Assembly (NCBI GenBank): GCA_010909165.1
Contig: MU008202.1
Location: 372,001 to 436,000 of the forward strand
DNA from: Anthoceros angustus
Taxonomy: Eukaryota > Plantae > Anthocerotophyta
Length of the DNA stretch: 64,000 bases
Direction of reading: 5' to 3'
The position numbers and the translations under genes are program-made. Below, one piece after another: positions 12,101 through 25,199 of the stretch (position 1 is the first letter of the stretch; each line of letters starts with the position of its first letter). The notes beneath the pieces were generated by a model. That model did not search any database and had not been told where the DNA came from. It saw only the letters and a list, made by a program, of their open reading frames with translations.

Positions 12101-14026
12101 ACCATCTGCGCATTTTTGGTTCTCGAGCCTTCGCCTATGTACTGCGAGAAGAGGCGTAAGCTTGACAATCGTTCGGAGGGTTGATTTTGTAGGCTACGGT
12201 AGTGACTAAAGCCTATAAGCTCCTCGACATACAAACCATGCGCGATGGTAGCTCGGAGTGTTACTTTTATTGAGAATTTGACTCCTTCATCATCGATGCT
12301 TCTCTTCTACGGTGTTGTGGAGGATCCTACCCGACTGCTTTGAGAATGACGATTATCCGGATGATCGATGGTGAGCACGATGCGGTATTGATCTTCAACG
12401 ACACTAATGCTGTTCCTCCGATTGATCGCCTCCGCCATTAGCCCTTGCCCCACCAGCGGTCCACGATCCTCCAGACGATCCACAAGATGGCGGATCTACC
12501 ATAGGTCTGTTCGAGCCCAAACTACCATTCGATATTTGAACGAACTTAGCTCTTCTCAAACTTGACTAATGAGGCTGACCTTTCACCGCTCTTCAACTGT
12601 CGGCCCAATGTTCAGCTCGGTCTACCGTGAGCATCGTCCTCCCTCTCGTGGGCCAGGCCGTTATACATCCATTGACTTCCGTAAGTCGGTGTGTACGCAC
12701 CTTGTCCATCATGTTTCCCTTTGTCATCCCTTGAGCTGTCACTCAAGGAAGCCTTTAGGCGGATAGAGACAAATGGAAACATCTGAAACGATAATTTACT
12801 TGACCTCATTCGAATGGTACTGAAACTTGTCCCTCGTCCACGGCCGCAAACCTATAACACAGAATGGGTATTTAAACATAAGTTAGATTCCGATGGCAAC
12901 ATAGCACGCTATAAAGCAAGACTACGTACGTGGGTTCACACAAGTACACAGTGGATTTCAAGAGACTTTTTCTCCGTGATGCTCCCAATCTATCCGCCTT
13001 ATGCTTGCTTTAGCTGCTGAGCGTGATTTAGAGTTGCAGCAAATGGACGTTAACGCATTCTTGCACGGATTACGGAGGAAGAGCTGTATATGGAGCGACG
13101 AAGGATCGAAGACCACGAACATCCGTAATATGTATGTCGACTTATCAAGTGTATATATGGTCTCAAACAAAGCGCAGGACTGGAATGCAAGGTTGGATAT
13201 CTGTCGAAGGCCTTGGTTTTACCAGAGCCTGATCCTTGTTTATATCTATGATGATGGCACCTCCTATGTTATCCTTTGTTTATGTTGATAATTTTGCTGC
13301 CAATGACACTCATCATTAGCAGAGTACAAGACATGCTACTTGAATTTGACATGGTGATGTCGGGGAATTGAAGTTTGCCTTGGTATTCAAGTGTTGAGGA
13401 TACGTGCGGAGGGTATGATAATTATTCATCGGTAAGTACATCTCGAGATCCTTGCGTTTCAACATGGACAAAGCACATCCCGCCAATACACGGTGCAAGT
13501 GGAGTGAAACTTACCAAGGCGGATACCACTTTTACGACCTTGATATTGAAGACATGAGGGATGTTCCCTATCGGCATGCGATCGGCGGTTTGTTGTTTGT
13601 GAGCAAGCTGGACCCGACCAGATGTCACATATCAACGACCTCCGATTTGGAATGTCCTGGCCGTAATCATTGGACTGCAATCAAACGAGTCTTTCGTTAT
13701 CTGAAGGGAACACATCATTATGGCTTATGCTACAAGAGGACAGGAGTAGTACCTATCGACTTTATCTGTTGTTGGGCATCGGATGGAGATACACGCAAGA
13801 GCTTATCCACATATGTATTCTTCCTTTCATCTGCAGCTGTCACATGGAGTTGTAAGAAATGAGCAAAGATAGCCTCTCGATCGAGGCCGAATACAAGTGC
13901 CTTACCGATGTCAAAGAAGCCGAATGGGCACGCTCCTTCTTATCCTCAGTGCACTGTGAACAGGTATCACCCACAAACACGATAATTTTTGAAGGGGATA
14001 TCATCTCCCATCACAAAGACCCCCCT

Positions 14027-15870
14027 TGTCACGAGAAGAACACCTTACCTAGAACAGCATATGCCCTACTTTGATAATGCACACACTTTCCGAGGTCATA
14101 CTGATAAAAGTCGACTTTCAAGTGAACACCCTAGAACCGAGCATGAGGGGTGTGGGCCCGTCTCGCTTTTGTAGAATGTTTAGAGGGCTGCCATTTTATA
14201 TGTTTATTACAACCGAAAACTTTTACTTTGAAGTGGTGGAACACAATGAAAACAATCTGCATTAGAGGGAGTCTCATTTTAATCGTCAGAAGAACATTGC
14301 AACAAACATCCGCTAAAGGAGGGAGTGGTCATCGGCATCGACAATAGTCATTGAAGAGTGCGGCTGGCGACTCATCCATGCCTTGCATCGACACCGAGTC
14401 AAGAACCACCATTCGGACAAGCGGTCCATATCGTCCGCCTCAAAGTTATCGTTCTCTCCATTGCTTGCTCGTCTTCAATAGTATCATTCTGGCCCACCAT
14501 CCGACGGCAGGCCACACAAAGATCTAGGGTTTGTCGACTCATCCAAAAGGTCGCCAATGTAGTCTTCAACCTTCCGCACTCAATGCACCACTTGGGCTTT
14601 AAGGCAATGCTGGCCCCTTAAAATGAACAAAGTTAGTTGCCCATGCGCCCATGCAAGCATCCTTAAAATCAACAAAGTTGAGTTATTGAAAAGATATGGA
14701 GTTTGAACCCAAGACCTATTCTTTATTAAGCCTTTTCCCCAAACGCTAGACCAACAATCCCAAGTTGCAAACTCATTGATCCACTACATATTGATTTTGT
14801 TAAAGACAGCCTATGAGGAGGGCGCCGGCCGGCCGGCGCCCATGGGCAAGGCAGGCGTGTTGGTGGGGGCTGGCCGGCCGGCGCCCAAGGAGGGCAGGGC
14901 GCTGGGAGAGGGGTGTGTTAGGGAGGCGCGCCCACTGCGACATGGGCAATGTGCTAGGAGGACGCCACGCCGCATCCCTCCGCACCACCAAAACCCCACG
15001 GTGGTGCGCGGATAGGGAGGGCGCCGGCCGGGTCCCTCCACGCGCCACCAGAGGGCCATCAGGTGCCAGAGGTGCGCTGGCCGCCGGCGCCTCCTCCCCG
15101 ACCACCAGCCTTATGCCCGACGGGTGGAAACGGAGAGCCGCCGCCTCCCCTCCGCGCCCATTGTGGCCCTCCTTCCACGCACTTCGCGACGTAGCACTTC
15201 CATCAAAAATTCAAGAGGCTAACCTTAGAAGCAACCTTGGAATGAAGGCTAACTTAGAAGCAAATGTCATTCAAATCGAGCGATTTGGTCGGTCGAGTGT
15301 AGAGGGTACTCCTCCTAAACATCGAGCGTGGACAAAAAGCGATAAGGGATAAGCTCATGAGTCAAAGTGCCAAGATAATGATGACAATGGAGGAGAAGTC
15401 TGGACCAAGTGATGACGAAGGATTGAACTGGGATGAGTGAAACCAATTGCTTTTTCCGGGTCCCAGAGTTAATGTTGTAAATCTGGTTGCTGATGTTACT
15501 GTGTTAGGGAAATACCCTGTCCATGGCTTTTGTGGTGTCATAACAAAACCACATTTTCCTCCCAAAACTGAGTTTACAGCCATCCCTTCCCGGCAGGAAC
15601 GGCCTTCCTCACCGTTCCTACTTTGCATTATTCCCGTAGGTTCGAGTTTGCGACCACCATTCGACACAAACATTGCTGGATGGAAAGTAGTAACTTTACC
15701 TTCGACACCTTTTTTCGGAGCTGCCGCAATGCCTTCAAACGCTTTAGGGCCCATCAAAACCCCTTCGAGATTATTTATGGAAAACCCCTTCGAGATTATT
15801 CACCCCTTCAAAAATTATCATGTTCACAACACTGCATCGCGGATAATCAATCCCCTAGTTTTGTAGTAGA
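14027..15870. mobile_element. nested ~1.84-kb insertion (probable solo LTR of another retrotransposon) in the RNase H region of copia B
   Basis: RNase H coding breaks after ...aaagaccccc(ct) and resumes as ccctaggtttcacgcc...catatcga (PRFHA..KHI). 5-bp duplication CCCCT at 14022-14026 and 15871-15875. The insert starts TGTCACG; its 3' end GTAGA is non-canonical. Confidence 0.7.
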
Positions 15871-16834
15871 CCCCTAGGTTTCACGCCAGACTAAACATAT
15901 CGAACCAAAGATCATTATGTTAGGGATGTCAAGGCTAGGGGGATCATACAACCTGTTTACATTCACACTGATGAGAATACTGCCGATGTCCTGACAAAAT
16001 CACTTCCAAAACACAAGCACCTTACACATATGGATGGCTTGGGCCTGATAGATTTCACTAAGTACCTTTCTGCTGCTTAGCAGTTAACTTACAAAACGAG
16101 AGCGAAAGCCAGCCTAGAGCATCACCTCTGTTCTCTACCTACTCTGTGTAGCTGGTCCTAGCTTGGATTCGCCTTCAGAACCCCTGCATGCACACATACA
16201 CATAGGTATTCAGGCCTGCAATCTCAGTGGATGAAGCCTCACTTCTAATCAAACCGTGACTTACGTTAAATGTCTTACCTTCTGGAGTCTAATACCATGC
16301 CTCGTCCTTCTCTTCGGTCGGCCACCTTTTCATGTTGTAGCCTCTATCCGCGAGCCGCCCCTACCATTTCCTCCATACGCCTTGGTCGCCACGAGCGCCT
16401 TCCTGCTTCCGTGGCATGCATGAGAGTCGAGCTTGTAACATACGCTAGCCCTCTTCCTCGCTATCTCCGTGAGTCGCTCCAGTCCTCGCCCTTCTCGCTT
16501 CTCAAGATGCCACAAGACTGTCTGTTCGCCGCGTTGTTGGCCACCATTTCTTTCTGCCAGACGAGCATCCCGCCCAGCTTGCAAGAAGAAGCAGCAGTAT
16601 GCCCACCGCACCTTGTCCTCGGATCGGTCGAGCTCCTCCGGGCCGGAGGTCTCGTGGTTGCGACTCCTAACCATGTTTATCAAAGACCGGTAAGATGATT
16701 GTGTAGCCGGCTCACAAGTGACCGCGGCATCGGCCAAAGACGCGGTGCCGCACCGATCCGGTCGAAATGATCCGCCGTCATCGTTTTTAGGGCTAGTAGA
16801 GTTTTTATTTTAACCCCTTGTGGTTAAGTGGGAG

Positions 16835-17007
16835 TGTTGGACATATAACCAGCAGGGGTTAATATGATGACCTAGTTATTTAGGGTTACGAGACTTTATT
16901 TTGTATATAATACTTTTGCCCTTTGTTGAATACATATCGCCTTTGTTTATTGCTCGCTTACCTTTGCATGCTCACTTGCTTAGCTAGATGCAAGAGGTAT
17001 TTGCACA
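16835..17007 (+). repeat. 3' LTR of copia B
   Basis: Matches 8937-9109 except for a few bases near ...gctcgct(actcct/tacctt)tgca. Confidence 0.95.
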
Positions 17008-18534
17008 AGTGATTTTTCTTCTGCCAATAACTTTCCATTGCTTTACATAGTGCCCATCCTTGGGGCGTCAGCTGTTGGCAATTCCTTGCCACCTCTTGCT
17101 ATGCGAGGGTCGCTAGCGGGTCCTTTCTTATAGGTGCATCAAGCATCTTAGTCTGGAGGCAATCAGCTCCATCAGGATGAAGATTGGGTGCAAATTGCAC
17201 CTGTCCCCACCAAACGACTTCATCGTGGTAGTGAAGAAGGAGCCAAGTGTGAAGGCAGAAGCTGAACCTTTGACAAGTGGCAAGAGGCTGCCCCTCTGGA
17301 GGTCTCGAGGCCACCGGGCCAAAGGTTGAGGGTCGATTCGCATAATGGGGAAGGTGAAGGAGGGGGGCGACCTACCTAGCTGCAATGACAAAATCTTGTT
17401 GAGGTATGAGGCGCCACCATCAACAGTCAAAGGTTGAGGGTCGTATCTGCACAATGGGGGAAGGTGAAGGCGAACATGAAGGGCACGGTGGGAGGAAGGG
17501 TGAGCCACCACCCTCTCCCGCGTGCTATTGTCACCTCCCGGTCGCGTGCTCGCCGCCTCCCGCTCGCACGCTCGTCACCTCCTGCTCGCGCGCTCGTCAT
17601 GATTCAATTTACCACATCAAGTAAATCCACATAGTACCAAGTCAAGTTATTCTGAGTAATTATAGCTCTTTACAAGAACTACAACCATATATTTTTATTA
17701 TTTAATATCCTGAAAATATATCAAAGAGACTTTAAATTTTATCTTTATCTTGTGGGTTAAGCCAATGGAAACGAAGCCCCCATCAATGTTCTGTTGTGTA
17801 GTTTGACAGGTCTATTTTATACCCTGGATTATTTTCATTATTAGTATTTTTACCTTACCCAATCGCCTATCATTTGGAACTTCCTCAATTCAATGCAACA
17901 TACCGCACGGTAAATTTTCAACAAGGTAGGCACATGCAGGGATGCAAGCTGCTCGAACTTGAATTCAGAATTTTCCATCAGGGATGTCAAGTTTCATGGA
18001 CCGCTAGTTCCGAAGCTGGCTGAGGCCGTTATTTATTGGATACAGACTGGGATTTACGCGTTCCAGATGTACAACAAAGGGGTGTAACCTATGCTCCTTC
18101 AATCTCCAGTGCGTTGACGTTGTGTCCAAGCTACTAAAGGAAACATCATCCAGGGAACACACCTGTCACGCAAGACATCTTCCCGGAGTAAGCAAGTATT
18201 TGAAAGCTTCGACAATACATATCACAGCTTTGCCACAACAGGCTCGGATTTATTATTGCAAATACCTCAGCTCCATGGCATGGCAGGATTGTGAGCACAG
18301 AAATTAGGATCAAGCCTGCAGCATATTTTCTACAGCCTCATGACATCATATCCTGCCAGTAAAGCGGTCGGGTTTGTCTGGCGGATTCCTGTTGCAGATT
18401 CCAGCATTACAGGACATGCCCGGTAAGTTACAAGGTACAGTTACAAAGCTGTGAGTTAAAGAAGCAAGAAGCCAATGCCCGTAGCAGATGCAACTGAGCA
18501 AAATATAACTCGCCATGTAAAACTTTCGAAACAC

Positions 18535-19854
18535 TTACCAAGGAATGAGGGAACCGAAGAGGAAGTGTTGCATAATGGGGACCTTCTCCAGAACTTCTGC
18601 CTTGTACATTTTCAGCATTCCACCGTTCACCTTGCTCCATGTCGGAACCCCGCTGACGTCGTCAATCATCGGAGAGTGCTCAGCTAGATGTCCCTTCTTC
18701 ACGGATTTCACAAACTGGACGCAACCAAGATATAGATATTCCTTCGAGAAGTTTTCAAGAATGTCAGGGTTATGAATCGACTTGGGTTTCATGTATTTGT
18801 GATCAATCAGCTGCGAAGATCCGAATACAAAAGGAAGAAAATGATAGTCATCCAACCCCCATACTCCGTGCGAGCCTGCAGGCTCCAGCCAGTATGTTGT
18901 CTGCATCTTTCTCATCAGATTCAAGTAAGATACCATCACTCTGGAAACAACTGCCTGGAAGTCATCAGGTTGGAGCAGCCCAAGCCTGGCCAGACAGAGC
19001 AACCAAGCAGCAAAATTTGCCTCATGACCAGTTCCGTAGTCAATCCTAGTGGCATTCCCAAAGCTGTCAGCAAAGTAGGGGAATATCTCTCCCACAGCAG
19101 CGCGGACAGACACTGGCAGGATGGAAAACATCAGCTGTGGACCTTGCTCGTCCAACCTAGCATGCCATTCCCTATACGCTGGATTGCCGTACCTCACAGG
19201 CTGCTGCCTGGGGGGAATCTCATCCACCCACTCGCTCATCACCGACAGCACCTTCAATATGGCATTCACCGTGCGAGACTCCTTGCAGAAATCTGAGAGC
19301 TTATGACCCTTGATGGACTCGCTGAGGGCTACGACGAATCCCAAAAACGTCTTGCCAGCTTCAGACTGGTGGAAAAGCTCAATGTCCTGCGTTGAGGTGA
19401 TCCGTTTCCTGGGAGTCTGGAAGGAGTAGGGAGGCTGCACCACCGGCACCTGGCGAGCCTGCGGCACCGGACTGAGAGCCGCCAACGACATCCCTGGATG
19501 CCCAGGCACAGCAGGAGGCCGCATCGGCCTAACGTTGATGCTCGGCCATGACACCGTGCCTCCCTGCGACCCGTAACCGAACGACGCTGCTGGCCCGTAG
19601 AATTGCCCCGGGCTACCTGGAGTGACATTGGATTCCGACGAAACAGAGTTCGGATTCGGATCCGGAGGCTCCTTGAATACCACCGGACTCGGCTCAGCAG
19701 CAGGTTTGGAACCTTCCTCTACCACCAATTGCCGCTGCTCCCCTTCGGATCCCACCTGAGCTTGCTCCCCGCCGGAGTCCGATCGTGTAGCAGGGCCCGG
19801 CGCTGCAGACGGAGAGGCCGGGGATGCAGCATCGCTAATCCCAGGACTGTCCAT
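18535..19854 (-). CDS. PTPA: serine/threonine protein phosphatase 2A activator (PTPA), single coding exon, about 439 aa
   Basis: Motifs RYGNPAYREWH, SFGNATRIDYGTGHE, LEPAGSHGVWGLDDYHFLPFVFGSSQL, EHSPMIDD, GMLKMYKAEVLEKVPIMQHFLFGSL. First ATG at 19854. Confidence 0.96.
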   Translation of the reverse strand: MDSPGISDAASPASPSAAPGPATRSDSGGEQAQVGSEGEQRQLVVEEGSKPAAEPSPVVFKEPPDPNPNSVSSESNVTPGSPGQFYGPAASFGYGSQGGTVSWPSINVRPMRPPAVPGHPGMSLAALSPVPQARQVPVVQPPYSFQTPRKRITSTQDIELFHQSEAGKTFLGFVVALSESIKGHKLSDFCKESRTVNAILKVLSVMSEWVDEIPPRQQPVRYGNPAYREWHARLDEQGPQLMFSILPVSVRAAVGEIFPYFADSFGNATRIDYGTGHEANFAAWLLCLARLGLLQPDDFQAVVSRVMVSYLNLMRKMQTTYWLEPAGSHGVWGLDDYHFLPFVFGSSQLIDHKYMKPKSIHNPDILENFSKEYLYLGCVQFVKSVKKGHLAEHSPMIDDVSGVPTWSKVNGGMLKMYKAEVLEKVPIMQHFLFGSLIPW

Positions 19855-20169
19855 AGCCACCACCAATGAGAGCGAACCAGTTCAGCAACGGAGGTTTTAG
19901 GATGCAAATACCTTACAGCAATTCCCTTGCTTCAAACGGAAGCAGACGAGGTACACAAAGGAATCAGTAGGACGTCCAATTCAGAATGCATCACCTCGGA
20001 TTCTGTATATTCTGCATCAAGAATTCTAGGGTTTACAGACAGTACTGTCCTTGGCACAGGACTTGTGTCATACAATACTCTATGTCTAGGTGTCATGGCC
20101 GAACCCAGATGTAGTTGGTCCAGAAAGAATGGTCCGTCTGCTCTCAGCTTGTAATACATCCGCTGCGAG

Positions 20170-23100
20170 TCAGACTAGTACATCAGTGTCCAGAAGAGCA
20201 GGAGACTCTGTGCTTTCTTGCGTGCTCCCACCACCGCCAGCACCAAGGACACTGTGCTCCACGCCGTAGAACACGTAGATGAAGACACCAATCACCAGCC
20301 AGATTGATACTCTGACCCAGGTCGATACTCTACATACGGAAAGAACATGTCAAGTGGGAAGGAGAACACTGTAGCTGGCAGTCTGTCAGATGTGAGGTAC
20401 TTGATGGATTACCCGAGATTCACGAGGAGATAGACGTTGATCAGAATGCTGGCAATTGGTAGCCCAGGCACAAAGGGGCAGATGAAACCTGGAGGGAATG
20501 GGGTCATCATCAAGCCTGCTTGCATCAGTCAGATAGCGAGTAAAGAAAACGAGCTCCTGCACTACCTCCTGTTTGACCAAAGCTGTGACGTTCTTCATCT
20601 TGATCGATCAGGAACAACACTATTGTGCCCGCTACGAAGACTGGAAGTCCCACCGATCCCAGGGTCCACCTAAACCAGCTGTACAACGCGGAGATGGTCA
20701 GGATGACAATTCGACTTCGACCCCACAAGCTTGTGTAGAAGATACAAGTGCAGGCTTTGGACCCGAGAGCTTGAGCAGATGAAACAAGTACTGGCGAGAA
20801 AAATACTTTGCCAATTTATCTGCGGACGTTGCTAAGCTGATACAAATGACTCCAGCAGAGACGGCCGCAATTGCGATAGATGCAGCTAGTCTTCTCCTTT
20901 CCTCTTTCGAAGTATCTGGTGAGTCAAACAGTGTTAAGAAGAGATGTAGGAATGCTAATTGACTGGTTCGGAATGAAGGGGGTTTACCTGGTGTCGCTTT
21001 CTCCGGGACCAGCAAAAGACTCTTTTGCTGTGTCTCTTTCGGGGAGGCATGGTCGTCAATGTCTACATCTGAAGCTGTAGCATCCTCGACTGAAATGTCA
21101 CTACTGCTACTAGATACATCGCCCCTATCCTTGCCAGGTAAGCTCTGCATTGAAGCCTCGGAGAAGAAAGACATGACGGGCGAAAAGTACCTTGTTGTTC
21201 CAAAGAAGGGGAATGCAGAAATTGCATCCGATTTATTTCCTACAGAGCGGGGAGAAAGCAATGCTGCACTTGGGGAGGCGGGAACGACTAGTGCAGGCAC
21301 CCCAGATCGAGTAGGAACATCATCAATAGGTGGAACGTATCGTAAGATCAAAATAGCTATACCCACAATAGTGAACGCCAGAAGTGTTCCAACGCTGACC
21401 TGCAGACACAGAGCAGGATGAAGACCAGAGGACACAACATAGGGGAAACAGCTGAAAGACTCAGCAAAGAGTACCCACAAGAGTCTCCGAGTTTGTGGAG
21501 AACGGTAGATCCCATACCATGCCAGATAACTGATCGACATCCATGAACACCGCCATAAGCAACGCTACTATGCCAGATAGAATGGTACCATTCACAGGCA
21601 CCCGTGTTCTCTTGTTGATATTGCTGAGGAACGGAGGTAGCAAACCATCACGCGACATTGCCATAAGGATTCTCGGCTGTCATAACAGTTGGTAAATCGT
21701 TATAAGAAGCAAAGCAACGTAACCTCAGGGGAACATAGAAGAGCTATACGGTACACAAACCTGAGGAAGCAAAGAACCCATAAGAGTGGTGCAAAGGGCA
21801 GCCATTGCACCAGCTGACACGACAAACCTGAAGAAACAACAGGTAAGCGAGATGGCCAAGATAAGCTCCAGAGCGTCGGACATTGATGTATATTCAGGAT
21901 GAGCCAGTGTTTTTAGAGGCAACAACAAACCTACATAGCCCATGGCATGCCGTTATCTGAAAACGCACTAGATATTGGAGTATCTGGATCCATCATTTTG
22001 TAGGGAACAAGACCTACAATAACGGTCGACACCAACATATACAGGCTGGCACAGATGAATAGGGCCAAACCAATCCCAAGTGGCAGATCCCGTTGAGGAT
22101 GTTTCACCTACAATAAAAAAGAAAAAGGTGGATTGTGTTCGTTCAAGCAGTAAGTGAGCAGGAGATCCGGCATTGCAGGCTCTTGCTGAAATTTTTCGCT
22201 GCTGAACATGTTCTAGTGTGGGGTCCAGGAAACCACAAAACATCAAACACCATCCGGAATAGTTACCTCCTCAGCGGTGCTGGCCACAGTATCAAACCCA
22301 ATAAATGCAAAGAACAAGGTTGCTGCCCCTCCAAGTGTACCATTCAGTCCGAAGGGAAAATAACTGCAACAAACAAAGTCCAGATGAGAATGAAATCACT
22401 CAAATACCCAGCAAGGCAGACACGTAGTATAACAACTACTTTAATGTTCACCTTTCCACCTGCTCATAGCCTGGCCAACCGTTGTGGAAGCCAGCCCATG
22501 CTCCGGCTATTATCACAAACAGAAGGACACAGATATTCCCTGCCACCATGACCGAGGCGAAATTTGCACTCTGCAACATATTGACAAGATTACAAGCGAT
22601 TACTTCATTAAGATGGTATTATACCATGCTGCCTCCTTCTGCATGAACCTGGGGGAAAAGATGCTGAGGCCACATCTGTGAGACGAAAGGCAATGGTTTG
22701 CACCTCTCTAATCCCGATGCACAGCAGAACAGTGACCACAATCACAATGACTCCAGCTAATGGGTCCGCTATCACATCTATCCCTGGAATTTCCCTCCTG
22801 ATGAATATGGCTGGCAGTTTATCTGCACCTCCGAAAAAGGTCGCCTGCCAACAATAGAGATTAGTGCACAACTCCAAGCACATAAGCACGTGTCCTAGGC
22901 AAGTGCATTAAGTTCCTGAGAATCACACACCAAATTCGGAGACACGCCACGAGCAACAGCAGATCCACCGACAGTGTACTCCAGTACAAGGCCCCACCCG
23001 ATTATCCAGGCAACCCTGCAAATCAGGAGCTGTGCTTGAGCATTCCATCAAGCAGGATCAAATACTGGGGCGATAAGGACCGCACAAGGCTTACCCCTCC

Positions 23101-23537
23101 CCGACACATGTGTAGGCATAGTGGTAGGCACTGCCAGCCGATGGGCATCGACTAGCCAGCTCGGCATAGCAGAAAGCTGACAGAGCCGCAGCTATCCCAG
23201 CGATCAGAAATGAGAGAGTGAGTGAGGGGCCAGCGCGTTCTCGAGAAACTGTTCCTATAAGCACATACACACCAGCTCCAATCGTAGAGCCAATACCTAG
23301 GGGCCAAGCAGAAGATCCTGTGAGCCAACATCGCGTCCACACAAGCAATGCCACTACGACAATCTCCAAAAGGATTCCACGTTGCTCACCAATTGGAATC
23401 AACTGGGCAGCCGTAAGATGCTTAGCCAGCTGATGACCTGATCGACGAGGAGCTGAGACGTGCTTCCGTCTTGTAAGCTTTTCCACTGACAACGTACCCA
23501 AGATTCCAGCAGCGCGACTCCCTAAAGTTGTAGCCAT
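20170..23537 (-). CDS. cationic amino acid transporter (APC family, CAT2/3/4-like), multi-exon; internal exon boundaries not fully resolved
   Basis: [70 protein letters not shown]-terminal [20 protein letters not shown]. Short GT-AG introns. Stop TGA at 20170-20172. Confidence 0.92.
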
Positions 23538-24383
23538 GGCCTGAGGAACTTGGGAAGACTTCCGCATCAAACTTTGCCATGAGGCAGACAAAGCCCCAGC
23601 ATTTTCAGCTGCGGGAGTTCAGTCATCCTCAAATGCAGCAGCTGTGACCCCCCAAACGTGCCTCCGCTTGCCTCTTGGCACCTTTACGTATACGAGCTCA
23701 GCTGGTCGTTGGGCTACAATCCAAGGCGGCACGCAGTGAGAAACCCAACACGTCTGCCGTGATCAACTTGGCCACTGCAGAGATAACACAAACACCTACC
23801 ACACCAGCATGTACGTCTTTTGGGAAAGCCAGACTAGGACAACCGCAGGGTCAAGGCATGGTGCCACTCACGTTGCTGCGCAGTGCAGTTCTGCGTGCAG
23901 AGGCCTATATATCACAAAGATCAACAGCTGGATGCACCGTCCATGGCTGTCGTGCACGCAAGGATCGATGCCTCCAGACGATTTGCCTTTTTGTCCCGAG
24001 TGACAGTAAGTACCGATTGCAGTTCAGAGCCGGAATTTCGCCTGGTAAAGTCTTCGGATCCCTCTGAGCTCCTCCACTTCTATTTTCCTGGTCGCTCTAT
24101 CGACTAACAACGGCTTAGGAGTCACAGCACCGTTTTGTCTGGGCTGGCCATGATTGAAGTATATTCTCTTCTACACCTGCACACCTGCATGTGGGAACCT
24201 TTGGGTTGATTGTGGGTTCCTTCGTGACGGTGGGCCAATATGTGGAATATTGTTTGCGGAACAGGATTCCGACTGGAACTCATTTATTGCTCAGAAAAAT
24301 CTTATTACACAAAGGTGCGGCAATGGTTGTCAGTACCGCGCTTCCTGTCCGCTTCCTGTAGCAGACGAAGTCACGAGAATGTC

Positions 24384-25199
24384 TCAGGGCGACTTGGACT
24401 CCATCTCTTTGAGCTTGGCTGCGTACGAGGGAGGAGCCCTGTAGACAATGCTCCGCTGCCATGCCCTATCGATCTTCCTGGACTGACGCTTATTGATACC
24501 CTGTTCAAGCTCCCTCTCTCTCCTCACCGTCAGCATGCGGGCTATCTGTATGGCATGGGAAGTCATAAGGCAGTCAGGCAGGGGGGAAAGGACCGGTCAC
24601 GCAGGAGGCAGCGCGAAGGGCACAAACCTAATCACAACCAGACCCCTGGCCAGCGACACAACACAACACCATCCACTTACTCTCTTGCGGATCCGCCTGA
24701 AGTCACTGGTTTTAAGCTCCTGCCTGGTAGCCTGCATTGCTCGGAGAATGAAAAGTTCACCCTTCAAATCTTGCACATTGGTCTTGATCTCGTCATCCGT
24801 GAGCTGCCTCAGCTCCTTGAGCTCTTCCTCTCTCTTTGCAGCCTTCACGACAGTGGAGACTGCTGCTGCTGCCCTCGGGGTGGACACTTGCCGTTGCAAC
24901 TGGCAATTGCCGAACAGCGTGCTACGGGGAGCTGCCAATCTCACGGCGCCCGGGTGAGCTTCAATCTTCACCCGTCCTTGAGTACTGGTGGAGACATTTA
25001 CAAAATGCCGGTCAGCCCACACCAAGAAGACAAAGCAGCAGCCACGGATTCAACCGCTCAATCCACTCCCCGAATCCAATGCCAGTGCGAATCCCATGCC
25101 ACTGCAAATGGCCGCTTCCGGCGCTGCGAAGAGCCAGTTGGTGCACCTCAAGGAGACTCCCACGCAGGGCCGTGCTTGCGCCGCCGCTGCCAGCGCCAT
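24384..25199 (-). CDS. RPL29: plastid 50S ribosomal protein L29 precursor, 3 exons
   Basis: Ala/Arg-rich transit peptide (MALAAAAQARPC...), then AKREEELKELRQLTDDEI...DLKGELFILR...SDFRRIRKR | IARMLTVRRERELEQGINKRQSRK. GT-AG introns at about 24988-25146 and 24546-24679. Confidence 0.95.

Larger units (their letters stand above)
8937..17007 (+). mobile_element. full-length Ty1/copia LTR retrotransposon B (frameshifted gag-pol) with a nested insertion
   Basis: 173-bp TG...CA LTRs at 8937-9109 and 16835-17007. 5-bp TSD AGTGA at 8932-8936 and 17008-17012. PBS TGGTACGAGCC at 9110. Purine-rich tract before the 3' LTR. gag about 10120-10800. Integrase (HHLRIFGSRAFAYV) about 11450-12250. RT (WVFKHKLDSDGNIARYKARL, LQQMDVNAFLHG, WTAIKRVFRYLKGT) about 12750-13740. 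RNase H about 13770-14026 and 15871-16080 (ENTADVLTKSLP). Confidence 0.95.

Noticed and set aside
17040-17640. Possible LINE or gypsy fragment right of copia B
   Set aside because: No diagnostic motif recognised in any frame.
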